Assembly (NCBI GenBank): GCA_001938485.1
Contig: MQRK01206634.1
Span: 5,761 to 66,854 of the forward strand
Direction of reading: 5' to 3'
DNA: 61,094 nt
DNA from: Girardia tigrina
Lineage: Eukaryota
Shown: piece after piece, positions 48,203 through 61,094 of the stretch
How positions within the stretch are numbered: position 1 is the stretch's first letter
Layout: each line of letters starts with the position of its first letter
Program-made: the position numbers and the translations under genes
Notes under the pieces: model-generated
Told to the model about the DNA's origin: nothing
Seen by the model: only the letters and a program-made list of their open reading frames with translations
Databases searched by the model: none

Positions 48203-48727
48203 CAGTGTTTCTCAACCGGTGTGTCGCGACACACTAGTGCCGATTGGATCGGCAGTGTGTCGCGATGAATTGGTGTGTCGCAGGTGTGTCGCGAAAAAAT
48301 GGTGTGTCGCGATGATTTGCTTGATAATATGCAATACTCTTAAATTTTATATAATAATTTTCAAGATTCNNNNNNNNNNNNNNNNNNNNNNNNNNNNNNN
48401 NNNNNNNNNNNNNNNNNNNNNNNNNNNNNNNNNNNNNNNNNNNNNNNNNNNNNNNNNNNNNNNNNNNNNNNNNNNNNNNNNNNNNNNNNNNNNNNNNNNN
48501 NNNNNNNNNNNNNNNNNNNNNNNNNNNNNNNNNNNNNNNNNNNNNNNNNNNNNNNNNNNNNNNNNNNNNNNNNNNNNNNNNNNNNNNNNNNNNNTGACTA
48601 GAGTCTAGAATTAATACTTTGAAAACCTCAAAGTTACATAATAACTTCGCTTGATAACAGGTGTGTCACAAAATTTCATGTATTGTGTCGAGTGTGTCAT
48701 TCGGAAAAAAAAGGTTGAGAACCTCTG
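48203..48727. mobile_element. Non-autonomous hAT (Charlie/Buster-like) element
   Basis: 8-bp TSD TCTTATAC; TIRs CAGTGTTTCTCAACC / GGTTGAGAACCTCTG; GTGTGTCGC subterminal repeats; internal gap. Confidence 0.93.
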
Positions 48728-49149
48728 TCTTATACAATGCGGCTTCAAAATTGTTTTACCAAAATCATTAACATACCAATATTTCAAAAGATGACACTGT
48801 TACAGGCAAAAATTTATTTTATACTTAATCCTTGATTACAACAATTTGTTTATTCTACTGTTTATCAACGTGTTACTTACGTGTTATTACTACTTAACCT
48901 TTCGTGTATGAAAAACACTTAAGTTGTGTTAGGAATTTTTTAGGAAATGTTTTTAAAATTTTTGAAATAATAATTGAATTCAAAGTATCATAAAGTTATG
49001 TTAACTATGATAAAAATTCGTAAATAAATTAAAGAAGGTGAGATTTTTTAATCGCTGGAAATTAAAAAAACTTAAAATGGATTATTAATACTATATTTAT
49101 TTTTATTATACCGGTTTGAGATTTATGATATAAATAGTTCCTCAAAATT

Positions 49150-49966
49150 AACAAAAAAATAAATGAATTTAATTTCGATCAAATTGTTTACATAAAAAGT
49201 ATTAGATATTTTTTTAGATAAATAAAGCTTGAAAAAACTGATGTCGGCTTTGAATATTGACAACGTGGAAGATGTTCCAAAAACATCTAACAAGTTGTAT
49301 TTAATGAAATGAAGTGAATTTCAATTTAGAAAATAATTTTACAGAAGAGACATGGTGCGAGAAATTTGATTTGTATCAATCAATGGTTTGGGTTTTGAAA
49401 TCATAGAATAATGTAAAATCAGAGACAATCTGTAATTGTTTTACCAAGTCTTTCGAAAATGCATGTGTTAAACAAGTGATTTCAGAACATGATGATTTTC
49501 CATGTTTTGAGGAAAATCCAAAACTTGATGAGAATATTTCATATTATCTATTAGAAAAGTATGAAAATGAATGTTCTGAAAAAGAAGAAGCAAACGATAA
49601 TTCTTTTGAAGATGTAGAGGAGGATACAGTAATAACATGATTTGAAGCATATCAGTATGCCAAAAAACTTGAAAAATATTTTCGGGCCCATATTCCTGAT
49701 CAGATGAACAAAATGTGGGCTTTGATTGATGAAATTCAAGGAGAAAAAGCATCTAGACAATTGAAAATTACAGACTTTATTAAGCGCCAAAAATATTGAA
49801 ATTTTAATAAATATTGTGATAAACATATCTTTACTATTCTTGTGTAAATAAATGTTCCTCATATTTTTTATTAAAATTGTTGTGTTAATAAGTGTTTATA
49901 TTATTTCTTAATATGAAAACTTTAAAAAGTTGGAACGCTGGTGTTCATATTGAACATGTTTGACTG
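49150..49966 (+). mobile_element. pogo/Tigger 3' fragment
   Basis: Acidic tail ending SRQLKITDFIK; terminus ...GTTTGACTG-TA. Confidence 0.65.
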
Positions 49967-50309
49967 TAATTTAATTAACTTTAATATACCTAGCTTTGAT
50001 CAGTCATTCAAAATTTCTCGACTATTGATGTCGAAAATATTTGTAACATTTTCAAGGTATACATGTACAAAAAAATACTAATCACACATTGAGGTCTCTA
50101 CTTTTACCAGAAATTCCAATATAAAAATTAAATCAAAATTCAGTTTAATAAATTTCATGAAATATCTTTGGGCAATTTAATAATAAATATAAAATATATT
50201 TTTTATGATTATTATTGAATTTAAGTAACTTTTATGATTTTTCTTTTATACCGAGTCAAATGACAAAGAAATGTCTTTTTAATTTAGTCTTATTTTTAAA
50301 AAAAATGTA

Positions 50310-50687
50310 TTAGGTTGGTCGAAAAATAATGGCGGTTTTTGAGCTTTATACTTTGTTTATCTACTTTGATATGTATATAAGTTTAAATGCTTCGAGTGTT
50401 AGATATTATTCGAAATCTAATGCCTAGCTGTATATTCCTATAGCCATTATTAACATATTGCTGTTATTTTTTAGAATATTTACGGTGCTAAATTAATAAT
50501 GGAAAAAATGAAATTCGAGCAATTTTCTTGTACGAATTTAAACTGGGTCGTAAAGCAGCAAAAACGGCTCACAGTATCAATAAAGCGTTTGGCAAGGGAA
50601 CAGCTTCTGAGCGCACAGTGCAACGATGGTTCCGAAAATTTTCTGATGGAGATGAAAACCTTGAAGATGAATAAGGTCGTGGTCGTC
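50310..50687 (+). mobile_element. Mariner 5' end running into a gap
   Basis: TA-TTAGGTTGGTCGAAAA TIR; EIRAIFLYEFKLGRKAA..SERTVQRWFRKF..LEDE*GRGR. Confidence 0.92.
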
Positions 50688-52044
50688 NNNNNNNNNNNNN
50701 NNNNNNNNNNNNNNNNNNNNNNNNNNNNNNNNNNNNNNNNNNNNNNNNNNNNNNNNNNNNNNNNNNNNNNNNNNNNNNNNNNNNNNNNNNNNNNNNNNNN
50801 NNNNNNNNNNNNNNNNNNNNNNNNNNNNNNNNNNNNNNNNNNNNNNNNNNNNNNNNNNNNNNNNNNNNNNNNNNNNNNNNNNNNNNNNNNNNNNNNNNNN
50901 NNNNNNNNNNNNNNNNNNNNNNNNNNNNNNNNNNNNNNNNNNNNNNNNNNNNNNNNNNNNNNNNNNNNNNNNNNNNNNNNNNNNNNNNNNNNNNNNNNNN
51001 NNNNNNNNNNNNNNNNNNNNNNNNNNNNNNNNNNNNNNNNNNNNNNNNNNNNNNNNNNNNNNNNNNNNNNNNNNNNNNNNNNNNNNNNNNNNNNNNNNNN
51101 NNNNNNNNNNNNNNNNNNNNNNNNNNNNNNNNNNNNNNNNNNNNNNNNNNNNNNNNNNNNNNNNNNNNNNNNNNNNNNNNNNNNNNNNNNNNNNNNNNNN
51201 NNNNNNNNNNNNNNNNNNNNNNNNNNNNNNNNNNNNNNNNNNNNNNNNNNNNNNNNNNNNNNNNNNNNNNNNNNNNNNNNNNNNNNNNNNNNNNNNNNNN
51301 NNNNNNNNNNNNNNNNNNNNNNNNNNNNNNNNNNNNNNNNNNNNNNNNNNNNNNNNNNNNNNNNNNNNNNNNNNNNNNNNNNNNNNNNNNNNNNNNNNNN
51401 NNNNNNNNNNNNNNNNNNNNNNNNNNNNNNNNNNNNNNNNNNNNNNNNNNNNNNNNNNNNNNNNNNNNNNNNNNNNNTTTTTTTTTATAAAAAGTTGCTT
51501 AATATTCTTATATTTAGCTTTAATAATAATGATTTTTAAAACATTTTGAAAGAGGTTTTAGGGCCTTAATTTATATATGTTAGGAACTTGAGGAGCTCAC
51601 TTAAATTTTTGAATTTTAACATTTAACAAGATATAAACAGATTATACAGATTCGGATTAACTAAAGTTTACTGCGTTTTAAAATAGTTCATACATTAAAA
51701 TATAGCAGAAAAATATTTAGACTAAAAATATGTTTCATAAATTAAAATTTTAGAAAATTTACACCTAAAATGAAAATTTTATTATTTAAACATTATTATA
51801 AAATGCAAATTTTATAAGAATATAAAATCAAAATGAATAATTTAGTTTAAGATTTTAAGAAATATATTATATAAATGACTTAGCGAAAGCAACACAGTTG
51901 GGTGAACCCTTTTATAAAATCAATAATAGACCAATAAATAAAAGATAAAATAATATTTAAAATTTAAAAAAACTATCAAAGTCGTTTTTTTTACTTAACT
52001 GTGGGTGTTTGGCATGGTTTTGTTCATTTTGATTTTAATTCCTT

Positions 52045-52583
52045 CAACATATCTCTTGAAGTGACTCATCCATCAACTTTTGATGGTAAGATCAAAGCTT
52101 ATCATGGCTGTAACAGGTAACGAGAAATTATTGTTCAATTCTGGAGAAAGTCTGAGCTACCACATCTAGGGAAGACAGCAGGTGGCAAATTACCCAATAC
52201 CGACTTGGGGAGGTAGTGACAAAAAATAACAATATAGGCATGTGTGGCTTCATAATTGCAATGAGAACATTTGAAATACTTTATCGAGTATCAATTGGAG
52301 GGTAAGTCTGGTGCCATAAGCCGTGGTAATTCGAGCTCCAAAAGCGTATATTAAAGATATTGCAGTTAAAAAACTCGAAGTTGAATTTTAAGAGAAATAT
52401 AGTTCGAAATTTACGATTAATAGCTATCATTTCATTCGATGTAAAATATATCTTTGATGTTCAATGGGTGTTGAGGATAACCGACAAGTTTACTTACTGA
52501 AAATGTCAGAGTACTTAAATCAGGCTTATGCTTGTGTATTGTCTTCTGTTTTATTTTGTTGGTTTTCAAAACTGAAGTAATGA
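52045..52583 (+). pseudogene. Degenerate internal fragment of an 18S rRNA gene
   Basis: Mutated universal motifs GCTACCACATCTAGGGAAGACAGCAGG, CAAATTACCCAAT, GAGGTAGTGAC, ATTGGAGGGTAAGTCTGGTGCCATAAGCCGTGGTAATTCGAGCTCCAA; several deletions. Confidence 0.93.
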
Positions 52584-52763
52584 AGTACTAACGGACAATG
52601 ACCAAGTCTTGTACGTATTAACATGAAAGACCAGTTAATTCATTTTATTATTGAATTTTATTATTGTCATTCATTTGATTAATACATTAATAAGTTACTT
52701 TCCAACCTACTGTAAAATGACAATGAGTTTATTTAATGGCAGTATAAATACTAATATAGATTA

Positions 52764-54456
52764 GGGGCTGTTCCTAAATTATGTCACACTTTTATGTAGG
52801 GAGGGGGGCTAGAAGTTTGTGACATTTTGTGACAGAGGGGAGGGATGTATGATAATTTGTGAAGTCACAAAGATTTGCTAAGATAAAAATCAAAAGTATC
52901 AAATCCTAAAATATTTAAGTAATCAATGATAAAATTTGAAGTATGGTTTTTTAATGATTTAATTTTTTATTATTTTGACTAAATTAGTCTATAATTAAAT
53001 TAGTTCAATCGATCTTTGTAGCTTAATTTGCTTCTCAATCAAAACTAAAAATGTTTAATATCGTTTACTTATATGATAATGTTTAAACTTCAAACTACAT
53101 GAGAATTAAATTACAAATAGAAATATATTCAAAAACCTGCAAGTTTTTAAATTGACTTTTAGAATTATTTTCTTTATACATGTAAAGAATATTTTGAATG
53201 TTTGATGCTTTGTGTTTGAATGTTGTATGTTGATTTGGAAATGTGTCTCTCCAACCCAGATGGGTGATTAATATTTTAATTCTTATTGTCTAAAAATATG
53301 TAATGTTTAAATTTATTTCTAATTTTAAATAATTGTAAATTTAAAATAAGTTAATTAATTTTATTTACAATTTTTAATAAATAAATCGAAGTAATATTTT
53401 TTCCAAAATTAATAATTATTTTAATTTTTATCCAAAAAGTTTTGAGTAGATATTTTATTAAATTATTTATTTCTCCATTTGCTCAGATAATAAAAAAATT
53501 AAGTCATTAATCAATTTAGTTAGAATGCATTCGTACGAAAGTTTTGAAAAAGATTGTCTTAAGGACAATTAAACCTGTTGTGTTAATACAATTATGAAAA
53601 GTCAAATTGGTGTTCTTAATAATTGATATGGTAAATTTTGTTGCATACGTTCTTGAATAAATTTTGAATTTTAGAATTATTTATTTCTGTAACGGTATTT
53701 ATATTTTTGAATAATTTATTTATTGATCGAGAAAACAAAATTATTGAAAGGTAAATATCTTAATTTTTTGTTTGATTCGTAACTCAAAGATCCTTCTTTT
53801 TATATGGATAATATAATGCATTATGTAACAACGTAGTAGCTTCTTCAGTTTGTTTGCCACCACCTACATCGATGTAATATAAACCAGAAATACAAATTGC
53901 TAGTCCAGGAGATAGAGCTGCAAAGTTTATGAATCTTTTTCAAAATCAGGCATTTTCCAGTCAAAATATTTCTTACGATACATATTGTCCTTCTATCATC
54001 CGAATTGTTTCAAGTCGAGTCTGTGTAGACTATAATTTATATTGCACTTCTTTAGAAATGTTAAAAATTCATCGTAAAAGCATCCATAATCGTATTATCA
54101 ACACTAAAAAGAAGCCAAAAAAGTAATAGCAAAGCGAAAGAAAGAAATCTTGATTGAAATTGCTGAAGATGTGGCATGGATAAATGAAGAACATCTTGAT
54201 GCTCAAGTAAATGAACCTGGAAACATTCATTTGATTAATATTGAAACACACTTGAAAAGTATATGGAATTTTGAATAAAAATGATATTTGTATACTAAAA
54301 AATGAGAATTATTGTATTTTATCTTCATAAAAAATTTAACGATTTTTATGACGTCACAAGGGGGGGAGTGGGGGGTTGAGATTTTGTGACACTTTGTGAC
54401 TCAGAGGTGGAGGGGGAGCGAAAATATATACATTTTTCGTCATAATTAACAGTTCT
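52764..54456 (+). mobile_element. Decayed DNA transposon (Zator- or Harbinger-like ends)
   Basis: TTA-GGGGCTGTTCCTAAATTATGTCAC terminus; TGTGACA and G-run subterminal repeats at both ends; LPPP..KFMNLF..YDTYCPSI..RVCVDYNLY..H..H coding remnant. Confidence 0.55.
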
Positions 54457-54553
54457 GAATATAAAACGTACATCACGCGGATCTTGCAGCAATTTTTTGC
54501 AGGTCTTCACACGTCATTGAGCTCGTTTCAGTAAAGTGTACAACGAGAAAATA

Positions 54554-54770
54554 TCATCTAAATAACCATTTATTTCATTAAAATTCACTGTTTCGTTTTT
54601 GACAGGACATCATCGGGTGGATCGTCCATTGAGAGAACACATATTAAACATTCACAACCAATTGAATTATGTTTAATATTTGTTCTCTCAATAGACGATC
54701 TACCTGATGATGTTCTCTGAAAAACGAAACATGTAGTGAATTTTAATGAAATAAATAGTTACTTAGATGA
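54554..54770. repeat. Foldback with ~100-bp arms (inverted Penelope-type pseudo-LTRs)
   Basis: TCATCTAAATAACCATTTATTTCATTAAAATTCACT... pairs with ...AGTGAATTTTAATGAAATAAATAGTTACTTAGATGA around a short loop. Confidence 0.9.
54698..54742 (+). ncRNA. Minimal type I hammerhead ribozyme motif
   Basis: UAC-CUGAUGA-U-GUU-CUCUGAAA-AAC-GAAAC-AU-GUA-GUG: both conserved boxes, GUA cleavage triplet, palindromic ACAUGU stem III. Confidence 0.75.
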
Positions 54771-55047
54771 TGTACATATAATCTTTAATTTTAAAGATAC
54801 ATCGTTTCAAAACATTTTTAATATCCGCATCATGCTACATTTTCATTTTGAATTTTATCAAAAGATCAAAATAGTGAATCACATTGAATGTGAAAAGTTT
54901 CGTCTGAGAAATTGATTATTGTTCCGTTGTAAATGGTCATTATTATCTCATGTCCTCGTTGCATTCTATATTACGCAACCACACAGAAAAAATATCGTTG
55001 TCGAAAATGAAAATTGAAAACTTTCAGTGATTGGTTAATAAGTGTGG

Positions 55048-55976
55048 TGGAGCTGGAAATTTGTTATTTTGACCGAACATTTTACTAGTTTAGGAAAACC
55101 GTAAATAAATTAAATAAAATATATAATTAATAAAATAACTAATTTAAATAATTAAAATTAAAATAATTAATAGTTAAAAAAAATTAATTAAATGAAAAAA
55201 TATTAAATAAATGAAATAATTAAGCCATCACGTTTATATGGTTTTGTGATGGTATATTTGATGTTTGGGTTGAGCTGCATTTACACCGGTTTTTTAATCG
55301 TAATTGTGATTAAAAATCAATTTGAATTAAGTTCATTTGAATTGCATAATAGGAAAAATGATATCGATTAGTGTCGTGTGCGTGTTTTGAGTGTGTGTTG
55401 CTTTTGATAGAAAAAATTGTTATGTGGATGGACGAATGTAATTTGTCACTGAATGTGTGTTTAAATGTAATGGGAAAAATTGTGTGCATGTGTGAATGTC
55501 TTCGTTCACAATTAAAACATTGTTTGTGCTAAAAAAAGGAGAACAATTGTTGTAAAAAAAGATGTATGGTTGATTATTTTGTTTGAAACACAGTTTGTCA
55601 ATTAAAAATGGAAAATTTGTCAATGCATGAAATTTAGTTGCAAAAAATGTGTTCAATCACAAAAAATGGAGTTGTTCTTTTTCGTTACAATAAAACAATT
55701 AATAAAAAATGTGTTAAATTCTGTATCAATGCGTCAATTAATTGAAAAACAAAAATGATTAAATCTAGTCACAATTATTTGATAAATCCAGTAAATGAAA
55801 TTGTGTCAATTTATCCTCCTAATTCAAATAGACCTTTTAAAGTACATTGACTTAATAGTGCTCATTTAGAAACTCTTTTACCTGGTTCCAATTGGGAAAA
55901 ATATATGATTCAATTATGCCTGATTTGTGTAATCAAATTGATTTTGAATTAATGTGGATGCATGGTTTCCGTTTCA
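55048..55976. mobile_element. Probable solo-LTR-like insertion E (same terminus as D; right end tentative)
   Basis: TGGAGCTGGAAATTTGTTATTTTGACCGAACATTT versus TGGAGCGGAAATGTTGTGATTGACCGAACATTT at 43912. Left flank TGTGG recurs after CA at 55977, but also at two other nearby sites. Confidence 0.5.
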
Positions 55977-56948
55977 TGTGGGATTGATAATAATTATTGT
56001 TTTTTTTTCATTTTTGAAATTTAATTAATTAAGATCCAATAATCTATTAGTAAATCATTTAAATAAATTTACTAAAATCAGAGTGTAAATAGATCTGATT
56101 ATCAGATTAAGAATATCTCAAAATTCGTTTTCTTTGAGATTTAGGTCCATACATTTTATTTTCTACAGATAAATATATAGCCCGAGAATATCTAATTCTT
56201 AAGATTTTGAAACTCTAAGATAAACATACAATTTTGGATTACATTTTAACAATTAATTTTTAATTATAAAGAAAACTGATTAGGTTAAATTTAAAATTAA
56301 AAACTTCCAATTGATTTTAATTCTCATTTAAAATCTTACATTAATTGTACATTAATTAGTAAGGATGATGGGATGTGATTTATGAGGAATAAGAATAGGG
56401 GAAATGTTTCAGTTGGATCGAAAACTGTTCATGATGTGACCGACATTGGAAAGTGTATTTCCGTACATTTTAATCAATAAAAAAATTGTTAATTGTAGAA
56501 TTTATTATAGGAAACTTACAAATTATTTTGTAATAAATTTATCATTGATTGTAGTTAATTTTTAACATTATTTTATTAGTTTTTATTATCCATAGATAAA
56601 TAAAAAAAATTAATAGATTAGATATATTAAATAGCTTCTTTGCTAGGTTTACCATTGTATAGGTGTTACTTTGATTAGGAACGATGAAGAAATGGGTAAA
56701 AAAAGATTCCTTTTTGATGCTTTCTTTACTTAAGATAAAGGAGAATTTTATAATTCTTGGTAGAAAATACAAAACAACAATTATACAGTAATTGACTTTA
56801 GCTTCTTTGAGTTGAATGCTGCTAAAAAGTTTAGAGAAACTTTTGTATGACCTTTTATTCTTTATTTTTGATGTATTTTAATTTTGGATTTTTCCGTAGT
56901 AAGAGGCAAATAATTTATTATTAATTATTTTTAACCACATTTTTATTA

Positions 56949-57653
56949 CAGGGTATCGCATTTCTATATTACAACCCTTGCATATATTTCTATATTACAC
57001 ACAAAAATTGAAAATATTTTTTTATTTACCCCAAATACCATGGTAAGAAAAGAAAGGAAAACCCTTACAGAGGAAAAGAAGGATTTAATACTTCGATTGG
57101 ATATTCAGCCAACAAAGTTAAAGTATACAGGTAGATTCCTGCAAACAGAGGCACAAACTTCAGCTGCCTCTGTGTTATCTCTTATGAAGGACTAGTCGCG
57201 TATGAAAAGGGTCGGGGTGCTTATAACTCTGGGTTTTTTAATAAATTGGTCGAGAGTCACATCGCGGCCTACTTTAGGTCTAACCCGGAGAAGATTCTAA
57301 TCATGGACAACGCGAGGTTTCACCATGCGCGAATAACTATCGCCACGTTAGAGGAATTAGGTATTACGTATATGTACCCTCCTCCCTACTCTCCTCAACT
57401 GAATCCGATCGAGGAGTTTTTTTCGATGATGAAAGCCCGTTTTAATGGTATACGTAACCCCGCTAATACTGTCGAAGTTGATATTGACTCTGTTCTTATT
57501 AGTGATTTTAGAGCTCCGTGTCTAAGATTTTATGATAAAATGCTCACATGGGTTGAGAAAGCAAGGCAGAGACTAGATTTTATATAATAAACGAATTTTT
57601 ATAATTTTTTATTTTTTATTTTTTTGTGTGTAATATAGAAATGCAATACCCTA
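56949..57653 (+). mobile_element. Internally deleted IS630/Tc1-like (DD34E) element
   Basis: TA-flanked TIRs CAGGGTATCGCATTTCTATATTACA; NFSCL, IMDNARFHH, PPYSPQLNPIEEFFS. Confidence 0.92.
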
Positions 57654-59023
57654 TAATTAAATTAGTTATAATTTATTTTCAATTTTTTATTTCACTTAAT
57701 TTCCTGGTTATAACACAACTTTCGCTTCTTATTCTAATGTACAGTGACCGAAAAATGATTCAAATTTCATTTCCACGAAATTTGTCATTCCAACTCAGTG
57801 ATTTCCATGTCCAATTTTATTATTTAAAATTTATTCCCGAATTTGTTACTCTTTGATAATTGGAATCTAAACATTGTACTAACAATTATTAAAAAAATTA
57901 TTAAATTCGGCTTCATATATAATAAAATTGGAACGGTTAGATTGAGTATTGAGAGCGCCATGTAGTATACACTGGAACAAAAGTTCAGAGGAACACGTAA
58001 AGTCCGGCAGGGGTAAGTCCTTCCATTGACTCGAGAATATGTATATAGAAGGCAGCAGATAATTTACTCTCAATACATATGTCGTTCTTAGGATTATATA
58101 TTATATGTGGGTTAAAAGCAACCTTCTGCAGGGTTGGCTTACAGTCTTAGTCATAAGAGACAGTGTTCATCCTTGTGCTGTGGTATAAGATATACATCAA
58201 TGATATGTACAATTGGTTCTATGGAGCGACCTCTTTGGAATTTCATACATGAAAATATGTCGAATCACATAGAAACGGAAAAACCAGGGAGATGGCAAAG
58301 AAAATGGTAACAAAAATATAATCGAATCTAAAGGTAGAGTGGTACCGACCCCAGGGACTGGTCCTTCTGGGCCCCATACATGAAAGTGGGTAGGGCCGTT
58401 AGTCAAAGGTACGAGTGTTCTGGGGGTGAGTTGTGGTGTAACGGGTGTGTAATTAGATGCTAACTGATTGTCTATCGAGGAGCCTGTATGGGGTGTGGTA
58501 CCTGTGTGACGAGTGTGCGGAGCCTTTCATCTAAAATAGTGTTTGTATGGCATGCAGCAGTCAAAGAACCCTGCTTAGAACCAAGACACGGGTACTTAGG
58601 AGATAACCATGTGAATGCATACAAAATCAAATGGGGACTTTTTCTCAATGATAAAAAATAACTTCGTTTAAATAGCATCAATTTTGGTGACTTTTTAAAA
58701 AGAAAAATTTGTAACAAATTTTGAAAAGTTCTTTGTTTCTTTCTCAATTTTTAAAAAATTCTCAGTAAGAGTCGAAAGTTGACTTTATATTTAAATTTAT
58801 TAATTGAGTTCTGTCGAATTGAGATTTATATTCGCACAACACCATGAATATTTGTTTAAAATTTTAATTTGCTAGTTGCAATATTTTTGAAATTTTAAAT
58901 TTAAAGCTAAGATTCAAGAACGATATTTTTATGATACTAGTCTTTCAAGGCAAACCAATCTTACAATAAAGTCAAACAATCATCAATTTCGTTAAAAGCT
59001 TTAACTAGATTATTTTTCAAATA

Positions 59024-60500
59024 TAGGGTGTTACTAAATAAATTGGGAGTATATTTGTTTCAATCTATTTCCAGAAAGATATTTTATTTCGCGGAAATTC
59101 ATGTTTACATTTGAATACTGACTCTTCTCATTTATTTACAGATGAATGACATCTCGATACGACGACCTTTGAGGAGAGAATCAAAATGGTATTCCTCTAT
59201 GCATAATTCTAGAATTAGGAAGATGTATAAAGACAGTGGCATTTTTATTTTGCTACCTCACCTCCTAAATTATCGACGATGAAGGCAGTGTTTGAGTGAT
59301 TTCAGCAGACTGGAAGCGTTGAAGATCTCCCCAGGACGCTGAGCTACATCTACAACGCCGGAACGGCTCGAAAAAGTTCAAAAGTTTGTCGCCGTAGATT
59401 CTTCAATGTCTGACCTACCACGAACGAGCTACTATCGCCTGCTTGTGAAACTTGATCTTAAGCCCTACCATCTGCAACACGTCTTAATGCTCAGCGATTG
59501 TGACTTTGATAGGCGAGAAGAGTTTTCTCAAATGGAGAGATTCTTATGGAGAGATTTTACGCCGACCTTCATTTAATTGACCACATAATGTGGACAAACG
59601 AATCCTTGTTTCACATGTCTGGTGCATTGTCACGATACAACAATGTTCAATGGGGTCCAAAGAATCCACCCGCTCAAGAGCAGATTCTAAACTCTCGCCA
59701 GGCAATTATGGTGTGGTGTGGAGTAACTTCGGAGGATATCTTGAGATGTTATTTCTGCGATGGTGCAGTCAATACTGATGCATATCTACACCAGCTGCAA
59801 GATACAAGAGGCTAACTTTGGCGAGTGCAATTTGCATCACCAACTTCCGTAGTTGGAACGGGAAGAAAAAAGACATAACTGGAACATAAAATGTATTGAT
59901 GCATAAAACGAAAACATGACCCGAATCGGTAGGATAGAGACGTCTATCGGCACAATAATTTGAATAGATCCTCGCGTCTCGTCTGGGCATATTTGGGTTG
60001 CTGATTGAGAGTTCGTTGACTACACTGATTGCGTTTCTGGTTGGTGTTATGGTGGATTCCGTATTTTTGTATTTTTTGCCAATTTGCTTAGTTAAACAAA
60101 ACATTATTATTTTTGTTTCTTCTATTAATTTGTTGAAATTTAATTTAAATTGTTTTTGTGTTTTGGTTTGGTGTTTTTTTGAACACCATACTTACCTTCC
60201 AGCATGACGTGGCTTCTGCAATGTACGCAGCTGGATCGACCAAAAGTTTCCTCAGCGGTGGATCGGAAGAGGGGATCCAACGGAGTGCTCCCTCGTTCGA
60301 CTGACTTAACTCATGTGATTGCTCATCTGGGGCTACCTGAAGAAGCATGTGTACCGCGCAAGACCTGCTACCATTGCTGAGCTTTGAGACAACATGGAAT
60401 ACAGCATTAAAGAATACCACAGGACCTGGTCAAAAGAGCATGTCATGCAGCATATCAGCGGTTTGAACAGTGCACCGCTTTGCAGGGAAAAAAACTAATA
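59024..60500 (+). mobile_element. rosa/maT-like (DDxD) transposon relic interrupted at about 59811-60188
   Basis: EERIKMV, FQQTGSVEDLPR, KPYHLQ, IMWTNESLF, IMVWCG, then FQHD, QKFPQRWIGRG, IWGYLKKHVY. Confidence 0.9.
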
Positions 60501-61094
60501 ATATGATACCATTCAGAACACTCTCGGTATGTTGGCAAACACAGATGTACCATTAACTTTGTATTTTCTTTTATTTTGTTTAATTTTTTTGTTCATTTTA
60601 TTTAAAAAGAAAATATTACCTAAAAATGAAATTGATTTCAAGAATAAAATTTTAGATTCATAGAATAGTTTATTCATTGATGAATGTCGGGATTTATACA
60701 ATTCAATGAATAGAAGAATGAAAGATGTCATAAAAGAAAAGGTCGATGTTAAAAAATTCAAATAGTGAGTATCCGAATTCTTTAGAATTGAAAATTAGAT
60801 ATTCGAATTCTTTTAAATTAGAGAATGCATTTTTAAATGCGAATCAAATTTTCAATATTCAACTTTTTAGTTTGATTTCTTTCAATTATTTCAGAATTGT
60901 ATTTAGATTATTGTAAAATGTCAAATTAGTTCATCTATTAGGGTGAGTCATAAGTTGTGGGGTACTCTTTCCAACGTAATTATCTTTAATTACAACATGA
61001 ATTGTCGAATCGATATTAATTGAATTTGTATATCGTAATAAAGCTCATAAACTGAAGTTTCAGTATTTGTAAGAAAATCATGATTTTATGTTCA

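Noticed and set aside
1-61094. CRISPR arrays, operons or prokaryotic defence systems
   Set aside because: Sequence is eukaryotic; no regularly spaced repeat-spacer array or bacterial gene organisation seen.

Overview
AT-rich eukaryotic scaffold segment with several N gaps. A decayed 18S rDNA fragment resembles triclad flatworm (planarian) 18S; this is recognition from memory, not a database search. The window holds one intact-looking host gene, a single-exon ORF of about 1650 aa at 2690-7654. The rest is a dense set of decayed transposons: Ty3/gypsy, Penelope-like, an RLE-type LINE, several Tc1/mariner families, hAT, pogo and MITEs. The main finding is a family of 0.7-1.4 kb insertions with TG...CA-type ends and 5-bp target-site duplications (TSDs), resembling solo LTRs. 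Three share a conserved GC-rich terminal block, yet each carries a different intronless, decaying copy of a cellular gene in the same relative orientation: PRUNE (10861-12292), GPKOW (from 15447) and TMEM18 (26128-26850). A second terminal subtype occurs at 43912-45110 and from 55048. Also present are minimal hammerhead ribozyme motifs in Penelope-type inverted repeats and a gag-less gypsy element with AGT...ACT LTRs. All protein-family calls come from manual translation and motif recognition.
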